NCBI GenBank assembly: GCA_964019335.1
Contig: OZ025674.1
Span: 248,001-312,000 of the forward strand
DNA: 64,000 nucleotides
From: Diplonema japonicum
Lineage: Eukaryota > Protista > Euglenozoa: Diplonemea
Direction: 5' to 3'
Every line of letters starts with the position of its first letter. Within the stretch, counting starts at the first letter, position 1. Shown here piece after piece: positions 54,324 through 63,772 of the stretch. Position numbers and translations under genes: made by a program. The notes under the pieces were generated by a model. That model was not told the DNA's origin. It saw only the letters and a list, made by a program, of their open reading frames with translations, and did not search any database.

Positions 54324-57300
54324 ATGGGGAAGAAAATGCTACGAATCGCATTAGTTGTATGTTTGTATAGTTTTTTTGTAAGTTCAGCGCAAAGCGTAGA
54401 GAGGTACACCATCGAGTACCTCGAGGGAAAGGTTGACGTAGGTGCCACGGTGACAGTCGGAGAGACCACAGTGAAGGGGTACGGGGATAAACCATGGCAT
54501 ATGGACACGATCAATTTCGAAAAATCTGTGGAGTGGAGGGAAGGGATCCACAGGCGGACAGCAAGGCCTCTGACACATGTAGATATGGGCACACCCTGGA
54601 GGGTGGGCAACCACGCCCCATCATTTTCACTCTCTGGTGCCATCATCGAAGTGAAGGAAGACAGCGGCCCTTACAAGTTAGGTGCACAGTTCGCAGTGAA
54701 CATAGTTGACGGGAACATGAACACGCAGACTATTTCGTTTGAGTGCACCAACGACAATACGGAGCTGTTCGTGAAGCAGCCAGACATCGTGGCATGCCCC
54801 ATCAACTTCTGCGTTGGTACTGTCGAGGTCCCCCCAGGCTCCGGCACCCTCATCTTCACCCCTCGCACTGACCGGTTCGGCACCGCGACCATCGACTGCA
54901 AAGCCGTTGACTCGGGTATTGAGTTCCCCGTTTGCGACAACGCCGCTCCACCATGCACCCCTAAACCCTGCGATACCCCCGGTTCCAACTGCAACGAATC
55001 GCCTCACTTACAGTTCATCATAAAGATCACCAAAGTCAACGACCAGCCTGAGTTCATCCACACCGGCGACGTTGTCAGTGTAGAGGACGTCGAGCAGTGC
55101 ATCGACAACTGGGCACAGCAGGTCACATCCGGCGGCTGGGAGGAAGATTACAAAGCCAAGGACAGCCAGGAACTCTACTGGACTGTCAAAAACGACAACC
55201 CCGGGCTCTTCAAGACACAGCCCTACATCAAATACACGCAAGGTTCGCGGACGGGCGACTTGTGCTTCACACCCGCCGATGACAGATCTGGCATCGCAAC
55301 GGCACAGATTTACCTCACAGACTCTGGGGGCAGGCTGGACGGTGGTGTAGACGACAAACCCCCCGAAACCATCACCATAACTATCCTTGAGGTGAACGAC
55401 CCGCCAACCTTCACACCTGGGAACCTCAATGTTGTTGTTGAGGAGGACAGTGGGCACCACGATCTGCCGTGGGCCACTGACCTGTCTCCAGGACCGCTGT
55501 CTGAGGTAAACCAAAACCAGCAGTTAGGAGAATTCGTGTTGGACTTTCTTAACCCTGCCCACAAGGCGCTGTTTAAGATCCTGCCTGTGATCAGTGTGAA
55601 CACAGGACACCTGTCTTTCGAGGTTGCGGACAATGCCAACACGTTCGGCATTGACTGCGCCATCACCGTTCATCTGGTCGACACTGCCGTGCCACCCGCC
55701 ACACCGGCAAACTCGCCAAAACCGTGGCCCGTGCTGCACATTGAAATCACCCCTGTGAACGACCCGCCTTCATTCCTCCCACCGCAACCGCAGAAAGACC
55801 TGACTGTGCTGGAGGGTGAGTCGGTGAGCGGCATGCAGTGGGCACATGACATCTGCGTTGGTGGCAAAGTCCCGAACTGCGTGGTGTCGGAGGGGTTTGC
55901 TGGCGGGGAGGCTCAAGAAGTGTACTTCGTACTGAAGGTAACGAACCCCGAGCTGTTCAAGGTGTCGCCGAAAATATCGCCAAGCGGAGTGCTCTCGTTC
56001 ACGACTGCCGACGACCGCCATGGGACAAGCACCGTGACCGTCGAGCAGTACGACACCGGCCCTGCTCCGAACACAGGTACAGTCATCAGCTTTGCAATTG
56101 CGATCCTCCCTGTCAATGATCAGCCCGTCTTCAGCACGTCGCAGACCCTCATAGAAGTTGATGAAGATGCCGGCGATGTGGTGATCGAGAGGTTCCTTGT
56201 CGACGTGGCACCCGGTCCCCTTGACGAGTGGGATCAACTGTTGAGCTTTCAGGGCACCGTTTCCGATCCCTCTCTCTTCAAGACACTACCAGACGTTTCT
56301 TTCGTCAGCGAGAGGGCAGGTCCGACCTACGGGACCCTCACCTTCACACCTGCGGCTGACAGGTTCGGAGTTGTGGAGCTGAACTTTGCGCTGAAAGACG
56401 ATGGAGGCTTGAAGTACGTGATCAAAGACCAGCTCAAAGTGCAGAAAGACGCAACGGGTGAGATCGGCGTTGGGCTAACGGACTTGGACGTAACAAGGGT
56501 AGACCCAGACGGAACCGGATACAGTGCTGGCTTTAGGGTAGGGATGAAGCTCATCCAGGTATCGGGCGTACATGCCAACAGCAAGCAGCACGCCGACGAG
56601 CTCATCGCAGCAGCACCAGCGACGGGTGAGTTCACAGTCACCATCCAGAACGGCACGGACATAACCTATGGACCCACTGTCAAGATTCACATCAAGCAAG
56701 TGAATGACCCACCATCATTCTTGAAGGGCACAGATGTTGCGGTGCCAGAGGACAACCCTGAAGCCCTTAATGTGTTCCGCTCATGGGTGCACGAGCCCAC
56801 TGCAGGGCCGTTTGAAGACACACTCCAGTACGTGGCGTACAAATGTGTGCACGACCCTCCGGAAGGCCTTACGTCGGACGCAGTGATCAACGAGAATGGA
56901 GACCTGAGTTTCAAGCTCACTCCTGACTTCTATGGAACCATCCTTGTTGAGGTGCGTATTGCTGACTACGATCGCGGTACGAAGGCAGTGCTCACAGACT
57001 GGGGCGCGCCGCAGACGTTCAACATCGTGGTACGCCCTGTCAACGATGCACCACTCTTCGAGATTAATCATGGCCAACTCGAAGTCCAATGGTGCTCCCC
57101 TGACGCAACAGACTTGTGCCAACGTGACTACCCCAACTGGGCATGGGGCGTGAGTGTGGGTCCGGCGAATGAAGCGGATCAAAAGTACGAGTTTCTGATT
57201 GAAGGGGGTGCCGACTTGTTCGAACCGCACCACATGCCCACTGTGTCTACTGACAACATGCTGCACTTTACTCTGAAGAAAGGTCAGCTCCCCACGACAC

Positions 57301-59816
57301 CTGTCGTCCCCTTCAAGGTCATTATGCATGATGACGGTGGCACTGAAGACGGTGGCATTGACAAAAACACGGCGACCTTCTCAATGCGTTTTGTGGTCAA
57401 CACAACATTAGCCCCTTCGGTCCCCTCGGGGCTCATCATTCTCGAACGCACTGCCACAACACCTGGTCAGACCTACGTCGTCCCACCACTGATGCGTGTC
57501 ATCTCGGTTGAGGGTCCAATTGCACTCCCAGTGGGTTCTGTTGTCAAGGCAAACCTGTACTCCGTGTCCGTATCCCCAGAGCGGGTTATTGAGAGCAATC
57601 TGTTCAAAGGTGACGGACTGGAGACTTTCAGAGCGAATGGCACCTCTATTCCTAACAGTGGTCAGTACCAGTTCAGGTACGAGGTACACTTGCCTGATGG
57701 GCACATCTTCTCGGCGTCCGACGACCCCTTCACTATCAAGCCTGCTGGAACAATTGACTCATCTGTGCTACGTGCGTCAGGTGCTGTAATTGCAGACAGG
57801 AACATCAATGAATGGGATCTGAGGGGAGAGGCAGTGACATTAGTGCTCACGACAAAGGGGAACACATGGCTGCAAGCAGCGGTGACTGCGTCTGTGGAAT
57901 TGAGGAGGAGATCAGCGGGTGTCCTGCAGGGAACAAACACGGGGAGTACAGGACAGGCTACGAACCTGACATCGTCAACTGGTGAACAGCTGTCGACACT
58001 GCAGAGCACAGCAACCATCGACTCACCCTCGATGCTTTCCATAAAGATAGCAAGACAGCCTGTGTTGAACCTCATCTCAGAGAGCCAACTAGTTGTCAAC
58101 TTGCCTGTGGGCAGCGTTTCAGGTGTCCTTGCACCTGATCCCATTGTGTTTCCTCTGGACTCAGCCCCTAGCCTGCAGATATCAGTGGTTTCTGTCTCAG
58201 AGCTCGATATCAGGACGACAGGTGCCATTGTCGACTTCCAAATCACAGGGACAACGTGGTCGCCGTCTGTCGAGTACGAGTACTTGATGGATGCTCTCAG
58301 CAGCAGCACTGCTCAGCCTGATGGATTTAACACGCACAAGAACAGGCTACTGAGGGTCACTTCAGTCTCGCCTTGGATCCTTCGCGCAACCCTCGGTCCG
58401 CTTGTTGATTATGATATCACTTTGCAAGAGGTTGTCAGTGTGGACACGGACAAACTGCGCGTAGTGTCCAACATTCGACCTGATTTTGATTTGAACCCGT
58501 CGAGCTTCTTTGTTGCAGTGCATGACACTGCCGTGGTGGCCACCCCGCCGCCTGCTGATGAATACGATGGCTACTACACGGCAGGGTTTGTTCTGAGTGT
58601 GGTTGTCGCCGTGACTGTCTTGGTGACATGCCTTGGACACTCCCCCATGATGCTTGCTTCGCCCCTTGCAGTACCTTTTGTCTTACAGCCGTCCAGCTCT
58701 CGTCCTATGCAGCGGCTGTTTGATGGCATTTCATGGTGGATCCGGCCGAAGGTGCTTAAGCTGGGTGGCGGGCCTGATGATTTGCAATACTCACAGGGTG
58801 CCATGGTGCTGCTCACAGCGGTGATGGTTGGGCTGCTCGTTGTGCATGCGTTAGGCGTCCTGCTGCATTACATGACAAAGAAACCCAGAGCAAGTATCGT
58901 GGAGAGCGACGCCGCGCTGAGGTTTCCAGGAATGTGGCTGTTGGCGTTCTATCCGATGCAGCAGTGCGCGCTGTTCAATTGCATGTACACGATGTTTTCG
59001 GGAGATTCTAGCGGGACATGGAAAGCGATCGGGATTCTTGTGGGTGTGGTGGTGCTCGTGATCGGGTTTGCGGTGGTGGTATTTGTGGCGCAGAGGTACG
59101 CGAGCTTCGCGTGGTCAGAAGGAACGGAAGAACTGGAGATGAGCAACGTTCAGCGTGTTGTGTTATATGAAAGTGTTTGGAAGTCGTACAAAGAAGGAAA
59201 CGTTGGCGGAGTGAGGCGCAAAGGCACGATGCTCGCCTCGTACAGGGAGACAAGGGTGTGGTGGGGCGGGGTGACGTTAGTGTGGTTACTCTCTCTGAAT
59301 ACTCTCTCAGCAATCTCTACGCACACCAGCGGTAAGTTCAACATATGGACACTGCTGGTAACTATCCTATACTTCTTGGGCTTGGTGGTAACGTTCCCTG
59401 GAAGAAGCACTGTCCTTCAATGGTTCCATGCGCTCATCATCGTTCTTTTATGTTTTGTGGCTGCCGACTTCGGCGAGCCCAGTGCGATCTTAGCTGTCAT
59501 CACCCTAATCTGCTTCGTTCTCCTGTTCTTCCTAACGGTCCTTGTGGCCTACCTCACACACCGTTTGTCCTCTGCACAGCCCCCTGCGAGGTCGAAGCAC
59601 ACTCACTACGCTCTTGCGTCACAAAATCCTATTTCGCACCTCTTTCCTGGGCAAGAGCGCCCTCCTACCCTCTCTGAACAACCCCTGGAATCCGATTCAT
59701 ACAAGGAACAGCCCGCAGTGGTTTCTGTGTCATCGTCAGCGACTAGTCATGCCACTTCGCTTGAAAGCCCCTCAGAAAAGCTAAAAGAAGAGCCTCGTGT
59801 CGAGAAAGTAATATGA
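54324..59816 (+). CDS. Large surface receptor-like protein: cadherin/Ig-like VNDxP repeats, inserted PDZ-like domain, multi-TM C-terminus
   Basis: Signal peptide, about seven repeats ending I-x-I-x-x-VND-x-P-x-F with GxLxFTP..DRFG, PDZ-like VTRVDPDGTGYSAGFRVG, and at least seven hydrophobic helices. Intronless. Confidence 0.87.
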   Translation: MGKKMLRIALVVCLYSFFVSSAQSVERYTIEYLEGKVDVGATVTVGETTVKGYGDKPWHMDTINFEKSVEWREGIHRRTARPLTHVDMGTPWRVGNHAPSFSLSGAIIEVKEDSGPYKLGAQFAVNIVDGNMNTQTISFECTNDNTELFVKQPDIVACPINFCVGTVEVPPGSGTLIFTPRTDRFGTATIDCKAVDSGIEFPVCDNAAPPCTPKPCDTPGSNCNESPHLQFIIKITKVNDQPEFIHTGDVVSVEDVEQCIDNWAQQVTSGGWEEDYKAKDSQELYWTVKNDNPGLFKTQPYIKYTQGSRTGDLCFTPADDRSGIATAQIYLTDSGGRLDGGVDDKPPETITITILEVNDPPTFTPGNLNVVVEEDSGHHDLPWATDLSPGPLSEVNQNQQLGEFVLDFLNPAHKALFKILPVISVNTGHLSFEVADNANTFGIDCAITVHLVDTAVPPATPANSPKPWPVLHIEITPVNDPPSFLPPQPQKDLTVLEGESVSGMQWAHDICVGGKVPNCVVSEGFAGGEAQEVYFVLKVTNPELFKVSPKISPSGVLSFTTADDRHGTSTVTVEQYDTGPAPNTGTVISFAIAILPVNDQPVFSTSQTLIEVDEDAGDVVIERFLVDVAPGPLDEWDQLLSFQGTVSDPSLFKTLPDVSFVSERAGPTYGTLTFTPAADRFGVVELNFALKDDGGLKYVIKDQLKVQKDATGEIGVGLTDLDVTRVDPDGTGYSAGFRVGMKLIQVSGVHANSKQHADELIAAAPATGEFTVTIQNGTDITYGPTVKIHIKQVNDPPSFLKGTDVAVPEDNPEALNVFRSWVHEPTAGPFEDTLQYVAYKCVHDPPEGLTSDAVINENGDLSFKLTPDFYGTILVEVRIADYDRGTKAVLTDWGAPQTFNIVVRPVNDAPLFEINHGQLEVQWCSPDATDLCQRDYPNWAWGVSVGPANEADQKYEFLIEGGADLFEPHHMPTVSTDNMLHFTLKKGQLPTTPVVPFKVIMHDDGGTEDGGIDKNTATFSMRFVVNTTLAPSVPSGLIILERTATTPGQTYVVPPLMRVISVEGPIALPVGSVVKANLYSVSVSPERVIESNLFKGDGLETFRANGTSIPNSGQYQFRYEVHLPDGHIFSASDDPFTIKPAGTIDSSVLRASGAVIADRNINEWDLRGEAVTLVLTTKGNTWLQAAVTASVELRRRSAGVLQGTNTGSTGQATNLTSSTGEQLSTLQSTATIDSPSMLSIKIARQPVLNLISESQLVVNLPVGSVSGVLAPDPIVFPLDSAPSLQISVVSVSELDIRTTGAIVDFQITGTTWSPSVEYEYLMDALSSSTAQPDGFNTHKNRLLRVTSVSPWILRATLGPLVDYDITLQEVVSVDTDKLRVVSNIRPDFDLNPSSFFVAVHDTAVVATPPPADEYDGYYTAGFVLSVVVAVTVLVTCLGHSPMMLASPLAVPFVLQPSSSRPMQRLFDGISWWIRPKVLKLGGGPDDLQYSQGAMVLLTAVMVGLLVVHALGVLLHYMTKKPRASIVESDAALRFPGMWLLAFYPMQQCALFNCMYTMFSGDSSGTWKAIGILVGVVVLVIGFAVVVFVAQRYASFAWSEGTEELEMSNVQRVVLYESVWKSYKEGNVGGVRRKGTMLASYRETRVWWGGVTLVWLLSLNTLSAISTHTSGKFNIWTLLVTILYFLGLVVTFPGRSTVLQWFHALIIVLLCFVAADFGEPSAILAVITLICFVLLFFLTVLVAYLTHRLSSAQPPARSKHTHYALASQNPISHLFPGQERPPTLSEQPLESDSYKEQPAVVSVSSSATSHATSLESPSEKLKEEPRVEKVI

Positions 59817-59859
59817 CATTTGTTTGACTTCTTTCCCCCTTAAATGGGATATCACCGAG

Positions 59860-60807
59860 TTATGGTTGTTTGCTTGTTTTATTTGTTATCCCCCCTTCCA
59901 ACCCTTTTCTCGCCACTCTTGTGGCACCAGCCGCCTCCGCCTTTGTGTGTGTGGTGATGTATATACAGTTCCCGTCTCCCGCCACTGGGACCCGTCTCGC
60001 GCCCGTGAACGATATGAGTGCATCCATTGTTGCCCTTCCATCACCCTGGAGGCTTGGCTTGCCCTGCTGGGGCTTCTTCTTCTTCGACTTGGTTTTCCCG
60101 GCACCCGTCTGGTTCGAGCATTCCGGACACTTTTTGCTGCTAGCCGCGCTTATTCCCGGGCAGCTCTCGCATATTCCAAAACCCATCTCCACTACCTGCT
60201 CCGCCGTGATGCCATCTTGCTTCCGCCAGTGACCAGCCATGGTACCGGAGTCCCCCCTTGGTCTTCGCCTTGAAGTCGCAGCTTTTGCACTCGAATGCTG
60301 CCCCTCCTCTCAAGGCACTTCCTGGGAGGGCGACACTGCGTCTCGAGCATGGGGGGGGCTCGGCGGTTGCTTTCAGCCCCTGATGGAAGACTGGGGAAAC
60401 GGAGGAGGAGGGGGTAGTGGAGACGAGGGAGGGAAGTGGGGGTTAGAAGAGTTCCTGCCCCAACCTTGAATGAAGGTCTGCCATCGGCCTTCTACCCACC
60501 CACCTTCTACCCACCCACCTTCTCCTCGTTCTCCTCGTGGGGCGCGACCCTTCCCCTTGTGCACTTGAGTGGCCACCAAGGTCTGGGGCAAAGGCGAGGG
60601 TGACAAGGCAGCATAGAAGGTGGAACAGAATGGGAAGGGCAACCCTCCACCCACTACTCTCCACTTCCCTTTCCGCCTGCCCTTCCTCCAGCCTCCTGCG
60701 CCTCGTTCTTGCTTCCCTCCTGCCTGCGTTCTTCGTTGCCCTTTGCCCAAGGAAAAGAGAAGAAAGAAGAGGTTTTCTAAGTGGCTCCGAAGTTGCTGAT
60801 ATATCAT
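59860..60807 (-). mobile_element. Relic 5' portion of a retroelement-like ORF (C2H2 zinc finger + OTU protease motif), antisense to the gene array
   Basis: The minus strand reads FECKSCDFKAKTKGGLRYH/[frameshift]MAGH, then GFGICESC..CPEC and RRVPVAGDGNCIY (GDGNC at 59965-59979). It is broken by frameshifts and stops. Confidence 0.6.
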
Positions 60808-60842
60808 ATCCTAAACGATTTTCGCATCGATCTCATTCTCGA

Positions 60843-60914
60843 GCCCACCTAGCTCAGCGGTAGAGCGTTGGACCTTTAATCCAATGGTCGTGGGTTCGAT
60901 CCCCACGGTGGGTG
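60843..60914 (+). tRNA. trnK: tRNA-Lys, anticodon TTT (60875-60877), atypical C33
   Basis: Acceptor GCCCACC/GGTGGGT, D arm GCTC-AGCGGTA-GAGC, anticodon arm TTGGA-CCTTTAA-TCCAA, T arm GTGGG-TTCGATC-CCCAC, discriminator G, downstream T4/T5. Confidence 0.9.
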
Positions 60915-60915
60915 C

Positions 60916-60937
60916 TTTTCCCCATTTTTCTCGACAG
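60916..60937 (+). terminator. Pol III T-run terminator overlapping the polypyrimidine/CAG acceptor of the next gene
   Basis: TTTT at 60916-60919, TTTTT at 60925-60929 and CAG at 60935-60937, 26 nt before ATG 60964. Confidence 0.55.
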
Positions 60938-60963
60938 GAAAAAAGAAAAAGAAAAGGGGGGAA

Positions 60964-61866
60964 ATGGCCCAGTTAGGGACGGTGAGTGCAGTGGAACATG
61001 CAGAGTGTCCAATTTGCTTCGAGGATTTGTGCACAAACACGCTCGCGATTTTCGAGGGAAAGGACAAGAAAAGGGTATGTTCTTTTTTTTCCCCTCAAAA
61101 CATTCGAGTTTTTTTCCAGACCTGCCGACACTTCTTCCACTACGATTGTTTGAAGGAGGTTTTTGATTTTGCAACGGGGCACAACTCGGAGCTACAGTGC
61201 CCGGTGTGCAGGGCGGACTGCGACAATATTTTGGAGATGCCGAACATAGTGACGAGTGCAGAGAGGTGGTTTGAGCTAGCGGACACTGATGCGAGCGGAA
61301 ACTTGTCGATTCAGGAGGTCACGGATGTGGTGAGGGCGACGTGCAATATCTCAGATGCTGACGCTGAAAACGTGATTAAAAAGAAGTGGGCGGAGTTTGA
61401 TAAGGATGGGGACCTGGGGATCGACTGGGGCGAGTTTTCAACACTCCTTGCATTCGTGAGGGAGAACATACCCGAATCGCAGAAGGTGGCAGTTCCTTCA
61501 ATCACTGAAAGCAAAGAGAAGTGGTTCAAATTCTGGGACCAAGACAATTCTTCCGCCCTCGAAAAGGACGAAGTCGCACGCGCTCTTATCAAAACCTTCA
61601 GGAAGGATGCCATTGTCAGAGTCCAAGAGCTCCAAGACATCCTGGAATGCGTGTGGCCTCTTTTCGACCCCAACGGCGACAAGATCATCAACTTGGATGA
61701 ATTCCTGAGCGATAACGGGCTCGCAAAAGCAATTGTTGCATGTCTTAACTACACCAACAGACAGCAGGAAAAAAAAGAAAAGGAGTTGGAAAAGCGGGAG
61801 GAAACGAAGGAAGAGGAGAAGACGGAAGAAAAAAAAGAAGAAGAGGAACCAAAGGAAAAAGCATAG
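60964..61866 (+). CDS. RING-H2 finger + EF-hand protein, paralog 1; exons 60964-61074 and 61120-61866
   Basis: CPICFEDL..CRHFFHYDC..CPVCR and four EF-hand loops (DTDASGNLS, DKDGDLGID, DQDNSSALE, DPNGDKIIN). Removing the 45-nt intron restores RING spacing seen in paralog 2. Confidence 0.88.
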   Translation: MAQLGTVSAVEHAECPICFEDLCTNTLAIFEGKDKKRVCSFFSPQNIRVFFQTCRHFFHYDCLKEVFDFATGHNSELQCPVCRADCDNILEMPNIVTSAERWFELADTDASGNLSIQEVTDVVRATCNISDADAENVIKKKWAEFDKDGDLGIDWGEFSTLLAFVRENIPESQKVAVPSITESKEKWFKFWDQDNSSALEKDEVARALIKTFRKDAIVRVQELQDILECVWPLFDPNGDKIINLDEFLSDNGLAKAIVACLNYTNRQQEKKEKELEKREETKEEEKTEEKKEEEEPKEKA

Positions 61867-62499
61867 AAAAGAGAAATAGTAACTTAAACCAGCTCACCCC
61901 CCATTATTTTTTCTTTTCTTTCTCCCCCTCTTTTTTTCAACCAGATCAGTGTTTTCTTTTTTGTTTAGCAAGTTTTTTTTTTTAACCCGACTGAAAGAAA
62001 TGAAAAATAATGAAAAGAGAAAGAAAACGAAGGGGAAAACAAAAAGAAGAAGAAAAAAACTGGAAGACAAGAAAGAGATACGTACGGGGGGTTGCAATGC
62101 CCTCTGCTCTCTTTTTCGGTTTCTTTTTTTTTCTCTTCTTCTTTTTTCCTTCTTGGTCTTTTGTTCTTTTCCCCTCACCCGCCCCCTATTTTTTATTTGT
62201 TTCTTCCATGCTTTCTTCTTCCATTCTTTTCCCCCTCCCTCCAAAAGGAAGAGAGGAAGAAAAGAAAAACGCAGTCACACCAGGAAGGCAGCTTGGCGGT
62301 GTGATCACGCCCTTCCTTAACGCAGCATGAATATGTTCCTTGTATTCCCCCTCCCCCTTTTCCCTGACTTTTAGCTCCGTCCTTCCTTCCTGAAATCTGC
62401 CTTTTTTATTTTACGGGAAGAAAGAGAAGGAGTCATCCGGTAGCCCTCGAGCATTTCTTTTTTTTTTTTTCTTCTTCTTCTTTTTTGCTTTCTTTAAAG

Positions 62500-62530
<31 letters not shown>

Positions 62531-62767
62531 ACAGACTTATTCTTTGAAACTAACACGTCCGGGTTGTCTATCCCATTTATCCCCACATACCCCACTCGTT
62601 TTTTTTTATCTCTTCCCCTGCCCTTTCCCTTCGGTTATCTCCTTTTCTTTAGGCGGCCGACAAAAAAAGAAAATGGCCACCGCTTTTCGTCTCACCCCCC
62701 TCTTTGATCCTTTCTTCATTACGACCCGCCCCGAACGCATGCTATACAAATAAAGAAAGGAGCAAAA

Positions 62768-63772
62768 ATGTCTCGAGAGTGTTGCATCTGCTTCGAAGAT
62801 CTATGCAGCGGTCCAGTTGCGGTGTTCGTGAGCGGAACAGAACCGAGAAGGGTGTGCTGCCATTATTTTCACTACGAATGCGTGAAGGACATGTGCCCCT
62901 TTGTGACGCGTGGGTACGGCCTGGACATGGAGATCGAGGAGACTGAGGAGGGAAAACTGAAATGCCCGATGTGCAGAGAAGAATTCAACAGGGTCGTGAA
63001 GATGCCCGACCCAACACAAGACCCGCGAACTTGGTTCAGACTAAGCGAGAAAAAGGGAACCTTGACAAAAGAAGAGGCTCGACATGTAATTCGCGCCACA
63101 TGTAAAATATCAGAGGAACGCATAACACACCTCATCGAGGCGAGGTTCGGTTCGGGTCTCACGGAAGACGATCTTCCCCATTTCATCACGTTCATGAAAC
63201 GAAACAGTGACCACCCAACAGAAGCAGAGCCCCCGCACATTGTTGGGAACAAGGAAGGATGGTTTTCGTACTGGGACGAGAACGGTTCTGGCGTCTTGAA
63301 CAAGAATCAAGTCGCGCGTGCTCTCATCAAGACGTTCAACAAAAGTGAAAACCGTGTCAGGGAAGTGCAGTCTGTGGTGGAATCTGTGTGGGGTATCTTT
63401 GACCCCACTGACACCAACCGTATCAGCAAGGAGAACTTTCTTGCTACAGACGGTCTTGCAGATACTGTTATTGCGTCTCTTCACTTGCAGCTCGATATCT
63501 CTTTCTCTGCTGTGGCCGACCGTCCTGCGCCTACCACTCCTGTTGCCAACCCAATGACGTCCACGTGGGAGTGCACACGCTGCACCCTCGTCAATTCGTC
63601 CCTCAGCCAGGTCTGCAACGCGTGTGAAACCCCAAAATCTGGGTCGGAGTTCAGTTCCTCCTCTTCGTCTTCTTCATCTTCAACTTCAACTTCAACTTCT
63701 CGATGCTCCCCACCACCTCTTCGAAATGATCCCCTTGGCTTGGACGGCATCACTTTGACCTTTGGTACATAA
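62768..63772 (+). CDS. RING-H2 finger + EF-hand + RanBP2-type zinc finger protein, paralog 2
   Basis: CCICFEDL..CCHYFHYEC..CPMCR, DENGSGVLN and WECTRCTLVN..CNAC. A terminal intron 63765-63820 is possible but unresolved. Confidence 0.87.
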   Translation: MSRECCICFEDLCSGPVAVFVSGTEPRRVCCHYFHYECVKDMCPFVTRGYGLDMEIEETEEGKLKCPMCREEFNRVVKMPDPTQDPRTWFRLSEKKGTLTKEEARHVIRATCKISEERITHLIEARFGSGLTEDDLPHFITFMKRNSDHPTEAEPPHIVGNKEGWFSYWDENGSGVLNKNQVARALIKTFNKSENRVREVQSVVESVWGIFDPTDTNRISKENFLATDGLADTVIASLHLQLDISFSAVADRPAPTTPVANPMTSTWECTRCTLVNSSLSQVCNACETPKSGSEFSSSSSSSSSSTSTSTSRCSPPPLRNDPLGLDGITLTFGT

